Origin: a virus
IMG/VR virus record: IMGVR_UViG_3300047678_000169
Coordinates: 1 to 64,000 of that record
DNA: 64,000 nt
Reading direction: 5' to 3' (one strand)
The notes below the pieces were generated by a model that saw only the letters and a list, made by a program, of their open reading frames with translations, was not told the origin of the DNA and searched no databases. The first letter of the stretch is position 1. Each line of letters begins with the position of its first letter. Below, in pieces: positions 39,517 through 48,555 of the stretch. The translations under genes and the position numbers were made by a program.

Positions 39517-39652
39517 TTTCTATTTCCTTTATGAGTATGGTTTCGGCCCAACTGGATATCTTCAAACTATTGACCCTGCAATAGTTCTTGATAATCTCAT
39601 ATGATGGTGAGTTTATCGGAAGAGTCTTTTTTGGTGATTTTGTCATACCCAT
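39482..39652 (-). CDS. small ribbon-helix-helix-like protein (56 aa)
   Basis: Not in the track: MGMTKSPKKTLPINSPSYEIIKNYCRVNSLKISSWAETILIKEIENEKKR. Directly after TACTTAT and overlaps the endonuclease start. Confidence 0.6.
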   Translation of the reverse strand: MGMTKSPKKTLPINSPSYEIIKNYCRVNSLKISSWAETILIKEIENEKKRTNSKTL

Positions 39653-39704
39653 AAGTATATAGAAAGTGTAGAAAAGTGTATTTATTTACACTTTTCTTAA
39701 GATA

Positions 39705-39896
39705 TTAAGGTGCCGTTCCTGGAGTGTTCTGTGCTTCTTGTTCTTCAATGATTGCGTGAATTTCGTTCTCTACATCGTTGATACGGTCTTTGAAATCGAC
39801 GTTAGCAGCTTTCTTCTCATTCTTGATTTCGGAGAGTTGCTTTGTCAATTCATATACCTTTGTCTTTGCTTCGTCTTTAGTTAGTGGCTTTGCCAT
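39705..39896 (-). CDS. small coiled-coil protein
   Basis: ORF in operon. Confidence 0.6.
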   Translation of the reverse strand: MAKPLTKDEAKTKVYELTKQLSEIKNEKKAANVDFKDRINDVENEIHAIIEEQEAQNTPGTAP

Positions 39897-39913
39897 AGTT
39901 TTGTTGGGTTAGA

Positions 39914-41413
39914 TTATTTGTTAAATTTTGATAATACTTTGTCTTTGTCGATTGGAGGAATTATGAATCCAAGATTATTGTCTGGCATCTGATGACCTAC
40001 GTATTCGTCATGGCGGTGAAGATTAAACTTCTCTCTTCCCTTCCAGTTGACCATCATTGAATCGAGTCCTTCAATCATTTTGTTACACATGTTTCCGGAG
40101 TTCAATCCTCCAATTCCATTAGCGTATTCACGACCAAGTGCTCCATATTCGGTTCTTTTCTCATGACCAACGCTATACCAATACATCAATGCTTCAGCAG
40201 CATCTTCCCAGCGAGCATAGTCTGCCAAGATGTAAGGAGTTGGAATTGAACCCTGTAAGAGTCTAGCGCCTGGATAAATTGGCGTTACCCACTTACCATG
40301 CTTTTGGTATCTACCATCGTGGTTACTTCCCCATGTAGTATCAAATTCAACGAGCTTTCCAGATTCGTCTTGGAAACCACATTGGTCTTGAAGACCTCCG
40401 GTAACAGTTACAATGATTGGAGTTCCTGCCATGAGACTTTCAGCTGTTCCCAATCCAAATCCTTCATTGTCAGAAAGATTGATGGTAACATCAGCCAAAT
40501 TATACAAGATGTTCATTTCTGCTGGACCATACTTTCCATTACTGAATAGAACATCATAGTTCGGACACAGCGCTTCCTTACATGCAATCAAATCGGTTCC
40601 AGCATCTTCGACTGGGTTAGTGTGAAGTAAAAATACACACTTAGCAGCTTCTTCCTTTGGAAGATTGTCACAGAAGGCTCGGTAAGCGAGCATAATGGAC
40701 GATGTTTGTTTACGACGAATATTTCTACTGTTGTAAAGAACAACATATTTGTAATCCTTCTTAAAGAGGGATTTCTTCATTGCAGCCACCTTGGCCAAAT
40801 CAGCTTCGGAAGTCAATGGACGAAATACGTCGGGATTGATTCCGTGTGGGACATAAGTAACTGTGGTCGGCTTGTTATATGTGGTTCCCAAGATGCTCTT
40901 AACAATGTTTTCAGTTTGTTTGCTGATACATCCAATCCAATCACAGCTTTGATAGAATGGGCGATTATACATTGGGTATGGTAGGTCGTCCCAAATTGAA
41001 TAGAATCCAATTGGAACCTTTTGACGAACTTCACGTTCAATTCCATATAGCCAAATCCAGAAACGTGGGTCAGTGAAGTGGAGAATAGCGTCTGGCTTTT
41101 CCAAGCCCATTACTTCATTCAAGATTTCAGGGCTTCCATATCCATCGACTGGATAGAGTTGAACATATGGGTCAACGATGCCGGTTTCTACCTTTGTAGC
41201 ATCATTGAGGTTCATGACCCTACCCTTTTCAGGATGTTGAACAGCTCCGGCGATTTGTGCCCAATTATATTTGTGAGCGGTTCCCATTACGAATTCTCTG
41301 GCCATCGTTGCGATGCCTGAGTGCATTCTTAGGTCGTCACAGAGAAGCAAAATCTTTTTGCGTTGTTCCTTTGGTAAGTATCCTTCACGTTGTCCGATAA
41401 TAGAGAATGACAT
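39914..41413 (-). CDS. GT4 (GT-B) glycosyltransferase
   Basis: DDLRMHSG, VPHGI, RNIRRK, NEGFGLGTAESL. Confidence 0.9.
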   Translation of the reverse strand: MSFSIIGQREGYLPKEQRKKILLLCDDLRMHSGIATMAREFVMGTAHKYNWAQIAGAVQHPEKGRVMNLNDATKVETGIVDPYVQLYPVDGYGSPEILNEVMGLEKPDAILHFTDPRFWIWLYGIEREVRQKVPIGFYSIWDDLPYPMYNRPFYQSCDWIGCISKQTENIVKSILGTTYNKPTTVTYVPHGINPDVFRPLTSEADLAKVAAMKKSLFKKDYKYVVLYNSRNIRRKQTSSIMLAYRAFCDNLPKEEAAKCVFLLHTNPVEDAGTDLIACKEALCPNYDVLFSNGKYGPAEMNILYNLADVTINLSDNEGFGLGTAESLMAGTPIIVTVTGGLQDQCGFQDESGKLVEFDTTWGSNHDGRYQKHGKWVTPIYPGARLLQGSIPTPYILADYARWEDAAEALMYWYSVGHEKRTEYGALGREYANGIGGLNSGNMCNKMIEGLDSMMVNWKGREKFNLHRHDEYVGHQMPDNNLGFIIPPIDKDKVLSKFNK

Positions 41414-41455
41414 AATGTAACTGTGTTAGTATGGAGTGTTTTAAGTGTTTGTCAA

Positions 41456-41665
41456 TTAGAATGATGAGCCGCTCGCTTGAAGGTCGGTTGTTTTATCGAC
41501 CTGCGTGCGGAATGCTTCATTGTTGACATACAGATAAACACAACGATTGACCAATTTCTGTAGAGACATTCCGTTTCCGACTGATAGATGCTTGAATGCA
41601 TCATACTTGTCCTTGAATACGTGAACGCTCGTGAAAGAGGTTTGGTGGTTTCCTTTGAGTCTCAT
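41456..41665 (-). CDS. small RHH-like DNA-binding protein
   Basis: TSVHV beta-strand followed by two helices (YDAFK..., SLQKLVNR). Confidence 0.55.
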   Translation of the reverse strand: MRLKGNHQTSFTSVHVFKDKYDAFKHLSVGNGMSLQKLVNRCVYLYVNNEAFRTQVDKTTDLQASGSSF

Positions 41666-41780
41666 AAATTTCCTTGGTTAGTTTACATTCATATATATGG
41701 ATGTATAACGGAAATAATCGCTCAAAAGCGATTTTCTATCTTCTTATATACCACTCTAAAAATAAGGATATTTTAATCCG

Positions 41781-42398
41781 TTATTTATTTAATGAGGACT
41801 CAATCTTTTCTTTATATTTAGTCGGAAACCCAATCATGACCTTGGTAAAGGTCTTTCCTTTGATTTCTCTCTTATAATGAAATTCATCAACAGGAATTAT
41901 AGTTTTTCCAGGCAAAAATTGTGGGACCTCGGACACAGGAACCTTCTTCCACCCCATTCTATTCGCCATTGCTTCGGCAGCACCGGACACTTCAGCGTAT
42001 GTTCTCTTCAATAACAAATCGTCTTTAATGATGCGTATTAAGTCAATAAGACCTTGTGTTGGTTTCGAACCTTCTCGACCAGACGATGCTCCCATGACTC
42101 TTTTCAAACCAAATTCAGTTCTTTGAACAATAGCAATGGCTACAACATCTTTACCTCTCCTTGACATTTTCCAAAACATGTCTGGGTCATTGGCTAATTT
42201 AATCAATTCATCACGCATGCCTTGTTCAGTTTCAATTCCCTTGTATCCGCCGGCATAACGGTAAGATTTGACCATTAATGGAAGCACTTGGTCAACAAAC
42301 TTGAGCTTCTCTTGAGTGGTTCTCGCGTTGAGAACATGCTCTTTCAAGACCTCTTGAACAGATTCTATAATAAGTTTTCTAATATCTGAGCGATTCAC
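41781..42398 (-). CDS. hypothetical protein, possible internal head protein
   Basis: N-terminal IRKLIIESVQEVLKE amphipathic leader; TATTTAT motif upstream. Confidence 0.55.
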   Translation of the reverse strand: MNRSDIRKLIIESVQEVLKEHVLNARTTQEKLKFVDQVLPLMVKSYRYAGGYKGIETEQGMRDELIKLANDPDMFWKMSRRGKDVVAIAIVQRTEFGLKRVMGASSGREGSKPTQGLIDLIRIIKDDLLLKRTYAEVSGAAEAMANRMGWKKVPVSEVPQFLPGKTIIPVDEFHYKREIKGKTFTKVMIGFPTKYKEKIESSLNK

Positions 42399-42422
42399 TT
42401 AAATAAATATAGAACAACTCTC

Positions 42423-43520
42423 TTATCCTTCCTTTCCGTCGCAATATTTTTCACCCGTCACTGTATTTACCATGTCCTTGAAAGAACAATATTTGCAGTT
42501 CTTTTTGGCTTTTCCGGGATTCTTACCAAATGGAGACTCCTTGTTGTATTCTCCGTGGGCATCAAAACACTCATTGATAAAGTCTAAGAAAGACTCTTCA
42601 ACCATTTTCAAGCTCATTTTTCCATCGGGAGGAGCAACACGTTGAATTCTCTGTTGTGGGAATGCCAAATCTTCGTATAAGCGCCTCTTCAAGATAATGA
42701 ATTCAACTTCAATGTCACTCAAAGGTGTCTTATAGACTTGATTGTAGAATCTCTTGTATAGCAAAAGTTGGTCGAGCTTTGTTCGGTCAGCCTTTTGATA
42801 CTTGTTCCAACCAAACGTAGAAGTTTTGAAGTCCAAAATGCGAATCTTTCCGGTGGATTTCTCTCTCAATACAATGTCAAGAAATCCCTTGTAAATGATA
42901 GTTCCGCCGCGGATGGGAATGTTGAGAGGAAGTTCGATACCAACAATTTCGTAAATTTTAGATGGAAAATGTTTACTTCTCACGGAATGAGATACAAAGT
43001 AATCGATGATATTTTTACCATCAACTCTAAATTCTTCAATTTCAACATCAATGAATTCACTTGGGAGCTCTACGTGCTCTCTATTTTCAGAAAGAGCTTT
43101 CTTTTTCTCTTCCTCTCTTCCCTTAGTCTCTTTTTCTCGTATCGTCTTAATTTCTTTGTCATATTCTGTGTTGAACTGACCAACGCAATCAATAGCTTCA
43201 GCTTCGATTGCTCCTTTGGTGTAAAGGACATTTAAGAAATTTTGTAAAACCGTATGTATAGCCTTACCAAAGGCTGTGTTGATGGAGTCGTCCCAGGTTG
43301 AGAGCTTGTCCATATATGACAATTTCCATTGAAACGGACATTTTAGCCACATTGCATATTGACTAAAACTCACCGTTTTAGGCTTCTTCGCTGTTGGGTC
43401 TTTTTGTGGTGTGGTTGGAGGAACAACTGAAACGTCTATTGCCTTTAGAGCCACTTCATCACCAACAATAAAAAAATCTTCCATTTCTACAATTACAACA
43501 GATTTTTTTACCACTGTCAA
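42423..43520 (-). CDS. PD-(D/E)XK exonuclease (RecB/Cas4-like, probable Fe-S)
   Basis: SFSQ..KCP, FGKAIH, GFLD, DFKTS, QLLLY, CKYC..C. The track's TTG start coincides with a TTGACA -35 box, so the start is probably MEDFF. Confidence 0.85.
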   Translation of the reverse strand: MTVVKKSVVIVEMEDFFIVGDEVALKAIDVSVVPPTTPQKDPTAKKPKTVSFSQYAMWLKCPFQWKLSYMDKLSTWDDSINTAFGKAIHTVLQNFLNVLYTKGAIEAEAIDCVGQFNTEYDKEIKTIREKETKGREEEKKKALSENREHVELPSEFIDVEIEEFRVDGKNIIDYFVSHSVRSKHFPSKIYEIVGIELPLNIPIRGGTIIYKGFLDIVLREKSTGKIRILDFKTSTFGWNKYQKADRTKLDQLLLYKRFYNQVYKTPLSDIEVEFIILKRRLYEDLAFPQQRIQRVAPPDGKMSLKMVEESFLDFINECFDAHGEYNKESPFGKNPGKAKKNCKYCSFKDMVNTVTGEKYCDGKEG

Positions 43521-43567
43521 CAGATTTTGATTGGCGTTAACGCATTTTGGCCGATACTTATTCTAAT

Positions 43568-43939
43568 ATGCAAATCGAAGCAATCACTCTTATTATAGGA
43601 AGCCTCGCATCAATCCTTACTGCTCTGGTCAGCTATATCGCCGGAAAAAAGAAGGCAACAAGCACAGACTTTGATGTTCTAATCAAGGCCAACGAACAAT
43701 TTCGTTCTGAAATCAGAAATGAACTTGCCCAAGCTCGTCAAACAATCGAAGAATTGAGACAAGCCATGAAAGATAAAGACAAGGAAGTTTCGGATTTGCA
43801 GAACTCTGTTAACGATTTACAAACTGAAATCGTTGAAAAAGACAGAAGAATTAGTGACCTTAAAATTGATTTGATGAAAAAAGATATTAGGGTATCTGAG
43901 TTGGCAGCTAGACTCACGATGCTTGACAAGCAATCATAA
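43568..43939 (+). CDS. single-TM coiled-coil membrane protein
   Basis: MQIEAITLIIGSLASILTALVSYIAGKKK then about 85 aa of heptads; ATG follows TACTTAT (43555-43561). Confidence 0.7.
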   Translation: MQIEAITLIIGSLASILTALVSYIAGKKKATSTDFDVLIKANEQFRSEIRNELAQARQTIEELRQAMKDKDKEVSDLQNSVNDLQTEIVEKDRRISDLKIDLMKKDIRVSELAARLTMLDKQS

Positions 43940-44388
43940 TGAATGGGCTCCTACATTTTGGAGAAGACTTAAAGAAGTTTTATAGAGACAAAATAGCCTG
44001 TCATTGGCCGGCTAAGCCAGATTCATTGTCCACAGATAAGTCTATTCTCAGAGGACTGAAAAAGAGCGAAATTCCAGCCATCTTAGCTACACAGGTCAAA
44101 GATGAACTTCCGATTATTATATTTTCCAATGAAGCACATGAAAAATTGACCGGCTATTCAATGGAAGAATTGATTGGAAAGTCCACCAATATATTCTATG
44201 GAAAAAATACCGATAAACATTCTCTCAAAGACCTTATTGAGAATCTAAAAGAGAATGGATTCTGGACCGGCAAGTTAGTCTGTTATGATAAGCGTGGTAA
44301 AGAATGTTTGATTTCTTTTAATATCATAACCATCCTTGTAAATAACAAACGATACCACATAGCTTACAAGAAGAGGTTGACGAAATGA
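43939..44388 (+). CDS. stand-alone PAS domain protein
   Basis: IIFSNEAHEKLTGYSMEELIGK..WTGKLVCYDKRG is a PAS/PAC signature. Confidence 0.85.
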   Translation: MNGLLHFGEDLKKFYRDKIACHWPAKPDSLSTDKSILRGLKKSEIPAILATQVKDELPIIIFSNEAHEKLTGYSMEELIGKSTNIFYGKNTDKHSLKDLIENLKENGFWTGKLVCYDKRGKECLISFNIITILVNNKRYHIAYKKRLTK

Positions 44389-44759
44389 ACATATTGTATG
44401 TTGAAGATGATAGGTTAATATCTGAACTAGCCAAATATATTTTCGTTGAGCTAGACCACACGGTTATTTTTTGTCAAACTATCCAATCTGCCAAGAGCGT
44501 CATAGAAAACGAAGGCTCTAAAATTGATTTGATATTTTTGGATTTGTTATTGCCAGACGGAAGCGGCATAGATATTTTAGATTTTATGGAATCCTCTCAT
44601 TCAGAGATTCCGGTTATTGTTATTTCTGGTAAGATTGATAGTTATAGGGAAAGATTAAATGAACATCTCAGTAAAAAGACTGTGATGGGTGTTTATTCAA
44701 AACCTCCGTGTTATGATTCCATAGTATCGGACATGAACACATTATTTTGCAAGAAATGA
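44385..44759 (+). CDS. single-domain response regulator (receiver)
   Basis: ILYVEDD, DLIFLDLLLPDGSG, IPVIVISG, KP; phosphoacceptor residues intact. Confidence 0.92.
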   Translation: MNILYVEDDRLISELAKYIFVELDHTVIFCQTIQSAKSVIENEGSKIDLIFLDLLLPDGSGIDILDFMESSHSEIPVIVISGKIDSYRERLNEHLSKKTVMGVYSKPPCYDSIVSDMNTLFCKK

Positions 44760-45217
44760 ATAAACCAACTCCCTTCTCACATCTTCTACAGAAAAAAGGC
44801 ATTCTAAAAAATTTTTCTATTGCGAAAACCGTTCCTCACAAGGAAATAGAAGCTCTCAAGGAAAAAGTCAGAGCATCAACCAAATCTGAGGAAGAATATA
44901 ACAAGGTATTTGAGCAAGAAATGATTCGTGTTGGGAACATGCACGATGTATCCAATCCGATTCCTGGCATCATCTATGATGAGCAGAAGAAGGGGCGCTC
45001 CGCTAAACTTCTGAAACACATGCTTGAAGTTTCTAAGAAACTAAAGGCTCAAAACTTTACCAAAGCTGAGATGTGCTTCTTTATAGTATCATTGATAAGT
45101 GCTCTGGGACTCACCAAAGAAGATTTCTCTGGAACGGATTTTACTGACTTTGGCTTGAAGCCAAGGAAAAAGCCTCCAGAAGACGAACAATACGACGATG
45201 GATATAGTAAGGATTAA
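44747..45217 (+). CDS. hypothetical protein
   Basis: Last ORF of the plus-strand cassette. Confidence 0.6.
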   Translation: MQEMNKPTPFSHLLQKKGILKNFSIAKTVPHKEIEALKEKVRASTKSEEEYNKVFEQEMIRVGNMHDVSNPIPGIIYDEQKKGRSAKLLKHMLEVSKKLKAQNFTKAEMCFFIVSLISALGLTKEDFSGTDFTDFGLKPRKKPPEDEQYDDGYSKD

Positions 45218-45888
45218 GCAAGCTTCATCTCTTCGATGAACTTGCTTACGTGTCTGTTCAATTCGGTATCATTTACCAAATCATCAGACTTAACATGTTC
45301 CCACTCTACTCTATAAGAAGCTAGAGCCTTTATTTTTGGGTCGTTGAGAGCTTCATGGTCATTTGCTGGTTGAACAAACTTAAATTCGTTCGCTCCAACA
45401 ACATCAACGTCTCCTCGTGAGGTTCTCTGTGTATATGGAAATGGAACAATCTCATAGCGACTGACATGAACCACTACACCGTGCCAGTCTTCCGTTACCC
45501 AATGAATTTCATCCTTGGGATAGTGAGCATAACGAATGTCGGTGATGATGGCGTAATCAGCATCAATCTTTTCTAAATTTGATTGGACAATGTTAATCCA
45601 ATATTTTCCACCGGTTCTTTTTCGTTGAGCATCACCATACCAAACTAAGAACGGACGAATCAAGTTCTTTTCTTCGGTAATTTGGGTAAAGGCGGAGAAT
45701 CCAAAATTCTTCTTACAGAATTCATCACAATCAGCCTTCAAAGCGTCTGCCAATGCAAACTTGATAACCGACTTATTTTTTGCAATAAGCTGGTTCATTA
45801 AAATGAGAGCGAAGGTGTCTTTTCCGCTACGGGCAACTCCCGCTATTCCTATAATAAGTGGTTTATGTGATGCCTGCATATTTTTCAA
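45214..45888 (-). CDS. deoxynucleoside monophosphate kinase
   Basis: IIGIAGVARSGKDT, ALADALK, IITDIRY..E. Confidence 0.82.
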   Translation of the reverse strand: MKNMQASHKPLIIGIAGVARSGKDTFALILMNQLIAKNKSVIKFALADALKADCDEFCKKNFGFSAFTQITEEKNLIRPFLVWYGDAQRKRTGGKYWINIVQSNLEKIDADYAIITDIRYAHYPKDEIHWVTEDWHGVVVHVSRYEIVPFPYTQRTSRGDVDVVGANEFKFVQPANDHEALNDPKIKALASYRVEWEHVKSDDLVNDTELNRHVSKFIEEMKLA

Positions 45889-46339
45889 ATTTATCTTTGT
45901 ATTTTTCTACAAATCGGATTTCTCCGTTTAGATATTTATCCTTTAGGATAGATGAGTTTGGCTCAATGTCAATCAGTTTATACTCTAAACCATTTTCTAT
46001 ACAGAATTTTTCGCCCACTTCTTTTTTTAGTTTTACCAACAGAGTTTCCCATAACTTCTTGGGCTTTACTTCTATCAACGAATTCCCAACTAAGAAATCG
46101 GGCTGATATGTTCTGTCTGTTCCATCATAACTTTTGTATGGTATTCTATACTTTTGGGCGCTTTCGCATGATAGACCTTTTCCCTCTACTTCTGTTATAA
46201 AGTATTGCAATTCTCTAAGGCTTCTAAAGTGATGACCTTTATACCAATTGGCCCACCCGTTGCCAGAACCATTTGGAGAAGGTTTTCCATACATCGGATT
46301 TTTCTTTCCCACTCTTCCAAAATGACTTCGCCAAATCAA
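45863..46339 (-). mobile_element. TnsA-like homing endonuclease (NUMOD3 plus PD-(D/E)XK), 5' end possibly damaged
   Basis: GKKNPMYGK, FRSLRE, YQPDF, IEVKP; no good ATG start. Confidence 0.7.
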
Positions 46340-46350
46340 CTAACTTTACA

Positions 46351-46503
46351 TCAGTTATTTTCTGCTTCTTTCTTGAGTTTTTCATATGCGGTTCTCCGTT
46401 TTTTGTTTACCGCATCACGATTTTTTCGGTAATACTCAATCGCACGAATGCGTTTTTCCTCAAGTATTTGCTTGTATGTTTTGTTGTGTGATTTGCGGCC
46501 CAT
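46351..46503 (-). CDS. small basic MGRK-type protein (50 aa)
   Basis: MGRKSHNKTYKQILEEKRIRAIEYYRKNRDAVNKKRRTAYEKLKKEAENN; TATTTAT upstream. Confidence 0.65.
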   Translation of the reverse strand: MGRKSHNKTYKQILEEKRIRAIEYYRKNRDAVNKKRRTAYEKLKKEAENN

Positions 46504-46561
46504 ATGAATAAATATAAACTATAAACGAAAAGCGACGATTTATTACTTATTATATAATATT

Positions 46562-47035
46562 CTATTCATGCCCAATCAACTTTTCCATTTCTTTTTCGGT
46601 ATAACCAAACAAAGAAACAATTTGCTTTATCTGTTCTTCGGTCATTAAAGAAAGATACTCTGTTACGTTTCTTTCACTCTCCATGAAGTATCCTTTCATT
46701 AGTCCAATCAATTCTTTAGTATGCTCCTTTGACTTGGAATTCTTAATATAAGGATAGTAGGCTCGACCTTTGGGAACAATGGCGATGCAGCACTGATAAA
46801 ATAGTTCTGGGTCAAGAGTCTGATATTTTTGAATCTCATTGACCAATTCTATTAGATTTGGCTGCATACTCAAGAATCGACAAATCATATAATTACTCCA
46901 ACTCTTTCTGTCAGCATCAGTCAAGTTTTTGAAATAAGCAGGGTCTTGCTTTTCTCTAATGTGATTGATGTGGTCAAACAAGCCCTTGGCTTTGACTCCA
47001 ACCGTTCCGGTGACTGTAGATTTCTTTTTAGGCAT
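46562..47035 (-). CDS. clamp loader small subunit (T4 gp62-like)
   Basis: LFDHIN, W.NYMI.RFLSM, Y.PYIK pattern. Confidence 0.7.
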   Translation of the reverse strand: MPKKKSTVTGTVGVKAKGLFDHINHIREKQDPAYFKNLTDADRKSWSNYMICRFLSMQPNLIELVNEIQKYQTLDPELFYQCCIAIVPKGRAYYPYIKNSKSKEHTKELIGLMKGYFMESERNVTEYLSLMTEEQIKQIVSLFGYTEKEMEKLIGHE

Positions 47036-47825
47036 TTAATTTTCTCTTTTTACATACCAATCCAATATAACCATCATTTCTGCCGTTTGTCGATTCAATT
47101 AGATATTTTTCCTGAACAATTCCAATTATTTCTTCGTAGGTCGGTATTTCGATAAATTGTCCGTATAGAGTCATATACCTTCTTTCAATCGGCAGTTTAA
47201 CATCAGTTTGTATATTGAACATCAACATTCCTTCTTCTGAAAGAAGGGTGTAAGCATCATCGAAAAACTTCAATCGTTGTTTGGGAGATAGATGTTGAAG
47301 AACATTGGAGCTAAATACTATGTTGAACTTGCCAGCATTCTCTGAAACATATTCGGGAGGAATGTGTCCCTCAGAGGTGCATTTTTTAACATCTGGTGTT
47401 TTTGGAACAACGTCAAATCCTACATAATTGAACATAGTGGTTGCTTCAACATAATTTCGAAGAGAACCATAGCCAGGCCCAAGCTCCAACAGCGATAGAT
47501 TGTAGTGTCGGAACTCGTCTATCCAATTTATAAGACCCACACTACGAGCAATTCTCAAATTCATACGATTTCCACTCATATGATTGTAAGCAACTGTAGT
47601 TCCGTTATCGACGGCATTTGCTACACAATCGGTGCTAAACAAATCCTCACACACTTTCCAAAAATCTTCCGAATTGATTACGTCTGGATGAAGAAGCTTC
47701 AAATCCTCTTCTGTTGGAATCCATGTTTTGGCTCTCCAAGCAGCAAGCCAGTCCTTATAAACTTCCAATGAGGTAATTTTGAAGTGTTCGGTGATTATCT
47801 TTTTTATTTCGTCGTAGGTTTTCAT
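47028..47825 (-). CDS. class I SAM-dependent methyltransferase
   Basis: LLELGPGYG, GFDVV, SSNVLQHL. Confidence 0.8.
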   Translation of the reverse strand: MKTYDEIKKIITEHFKITSLEVYKDWLAAWRAKTWIPTEEDLKLLHPDVINSEDFWKVCEDLFSTDCVANAVDNGTTVAYNHMSGNRMNLRIARSVGLINWIDEFRHYNLSLLELGPGYGSLRNYVEATTMFNYVGFDVVPKTPDVKKCTSEGHIPPEYVSENAGKFNIVFSSNVLQHLSPKQRLKFFDDAYTLLSEEGMLMFNIQTDVKLPIERRYMTLYGQFIEIPTYEEIIGIVQEKYLIESTNGRNDGYIGLVCKKRKLNA

Positions 47826-48070
47826 TTTTGCAATACTAAAACTTTTTTGTCATACGGAATGAACGCTTCATAACCAAGTTTTGAACGAGCGTTTATCCAA
47901 TTACCTTTTGAATTCTTTACACTCGCAATCTTTTTCAAAGGTTCGGTGTCGTCTATACCACTAGAAGTAAGTCTTGGGCGACGATTGAAAAATTCTTGTC
48001 CAATTGGTAAAGAGGAAAATTCAATATTTTTGAACTCTCTATCATCATATGCGTTTAAGTCATAGGTCAT
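47822..48070 (-). CDS. hypothetical protein
   Basis: ORF in operon. Confidence 0.55.
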   Translation of the reverse strand: MTYDLNAYDDREFKNIEFSSLPIGQEFFNRRPRLTSSGIDDTEPLKKIASVKNSKGNWINARSKLGYEAFIPYDKKVLVLQK

Positions 48071-48073
48071 AAA

Positions 48074-48550
48074 TTAAGCTTTTTCTTTAGCGGTATCTTC
48101 TTTTTGAGATTTCTTTTCAACTACAGGCCTCTTTACTTTAAATTCTGGTTCATTCCACGCAGTCTGTGTATATTTTCTCTCAGGCCTCGATGAAGTTTGT
48201 TGACGGACAATCTTTTGCCCATGAATTGAAACGGTGTCCTTTAAAGCCGTGATGGTCTTTGTCATTCTTTTCATTTCATCATTGTGCTCTTTATGAGCCC
48301 CCACCAATCTCTTTGTTGTCTCTTCGTTTCTTTTTAAATCAATTTCAAGTTGAACAATTTGAGCTTGTCTGTTTACATCTTGATTTCTAAAATAAACAAC
48401 AATAACCGTTAAGCCAATATAGACAACCCAAAAGTTGTCTCTCCAATAAGCCATTGCCAAAGGAACTAAAAAAACCGTCGCTAGCCAAGTCAGATTTATA
48501 CGCATAAAAAAAGGATACCCAAACATATCGGGTATCCTTGTGATGGTCAA
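48074..48550 (-). CDS. membrane protein (2 TM plus coiled coil)
   Basis: Two hydrophobic helices then a charged coil. Confidence 0.55.
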   Translation of the reverse strand: MTITRIPDMFGYPFFMRINLTWLATVFLVPLAMAYWRDNFWVVYIGLTVIVVYFRNQDVNRQAQIVQLEIDLKRNEETTKRLVGAHKEHNDEMKRMTKTITALKDTVSIHGQKIVRQQTSSRPERKYTQTAWNEPEFKVKRPVVEKKSQKEDTAKEKA

Positions 48551-48555
48551 GTCAA

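Noticed and set aside
42423-43520. CRISPR-associated Cas4 or CRISPR locus
   Set aside because: No cas1/cas2 and no repeat-spacer array seen; stand-alone RecB/Cas4-like exonucleases are common in phages.
43939-44388. LOV blue-light photoreceptor
   Set aside because: The NCRFLQ cysteine motif is absent.
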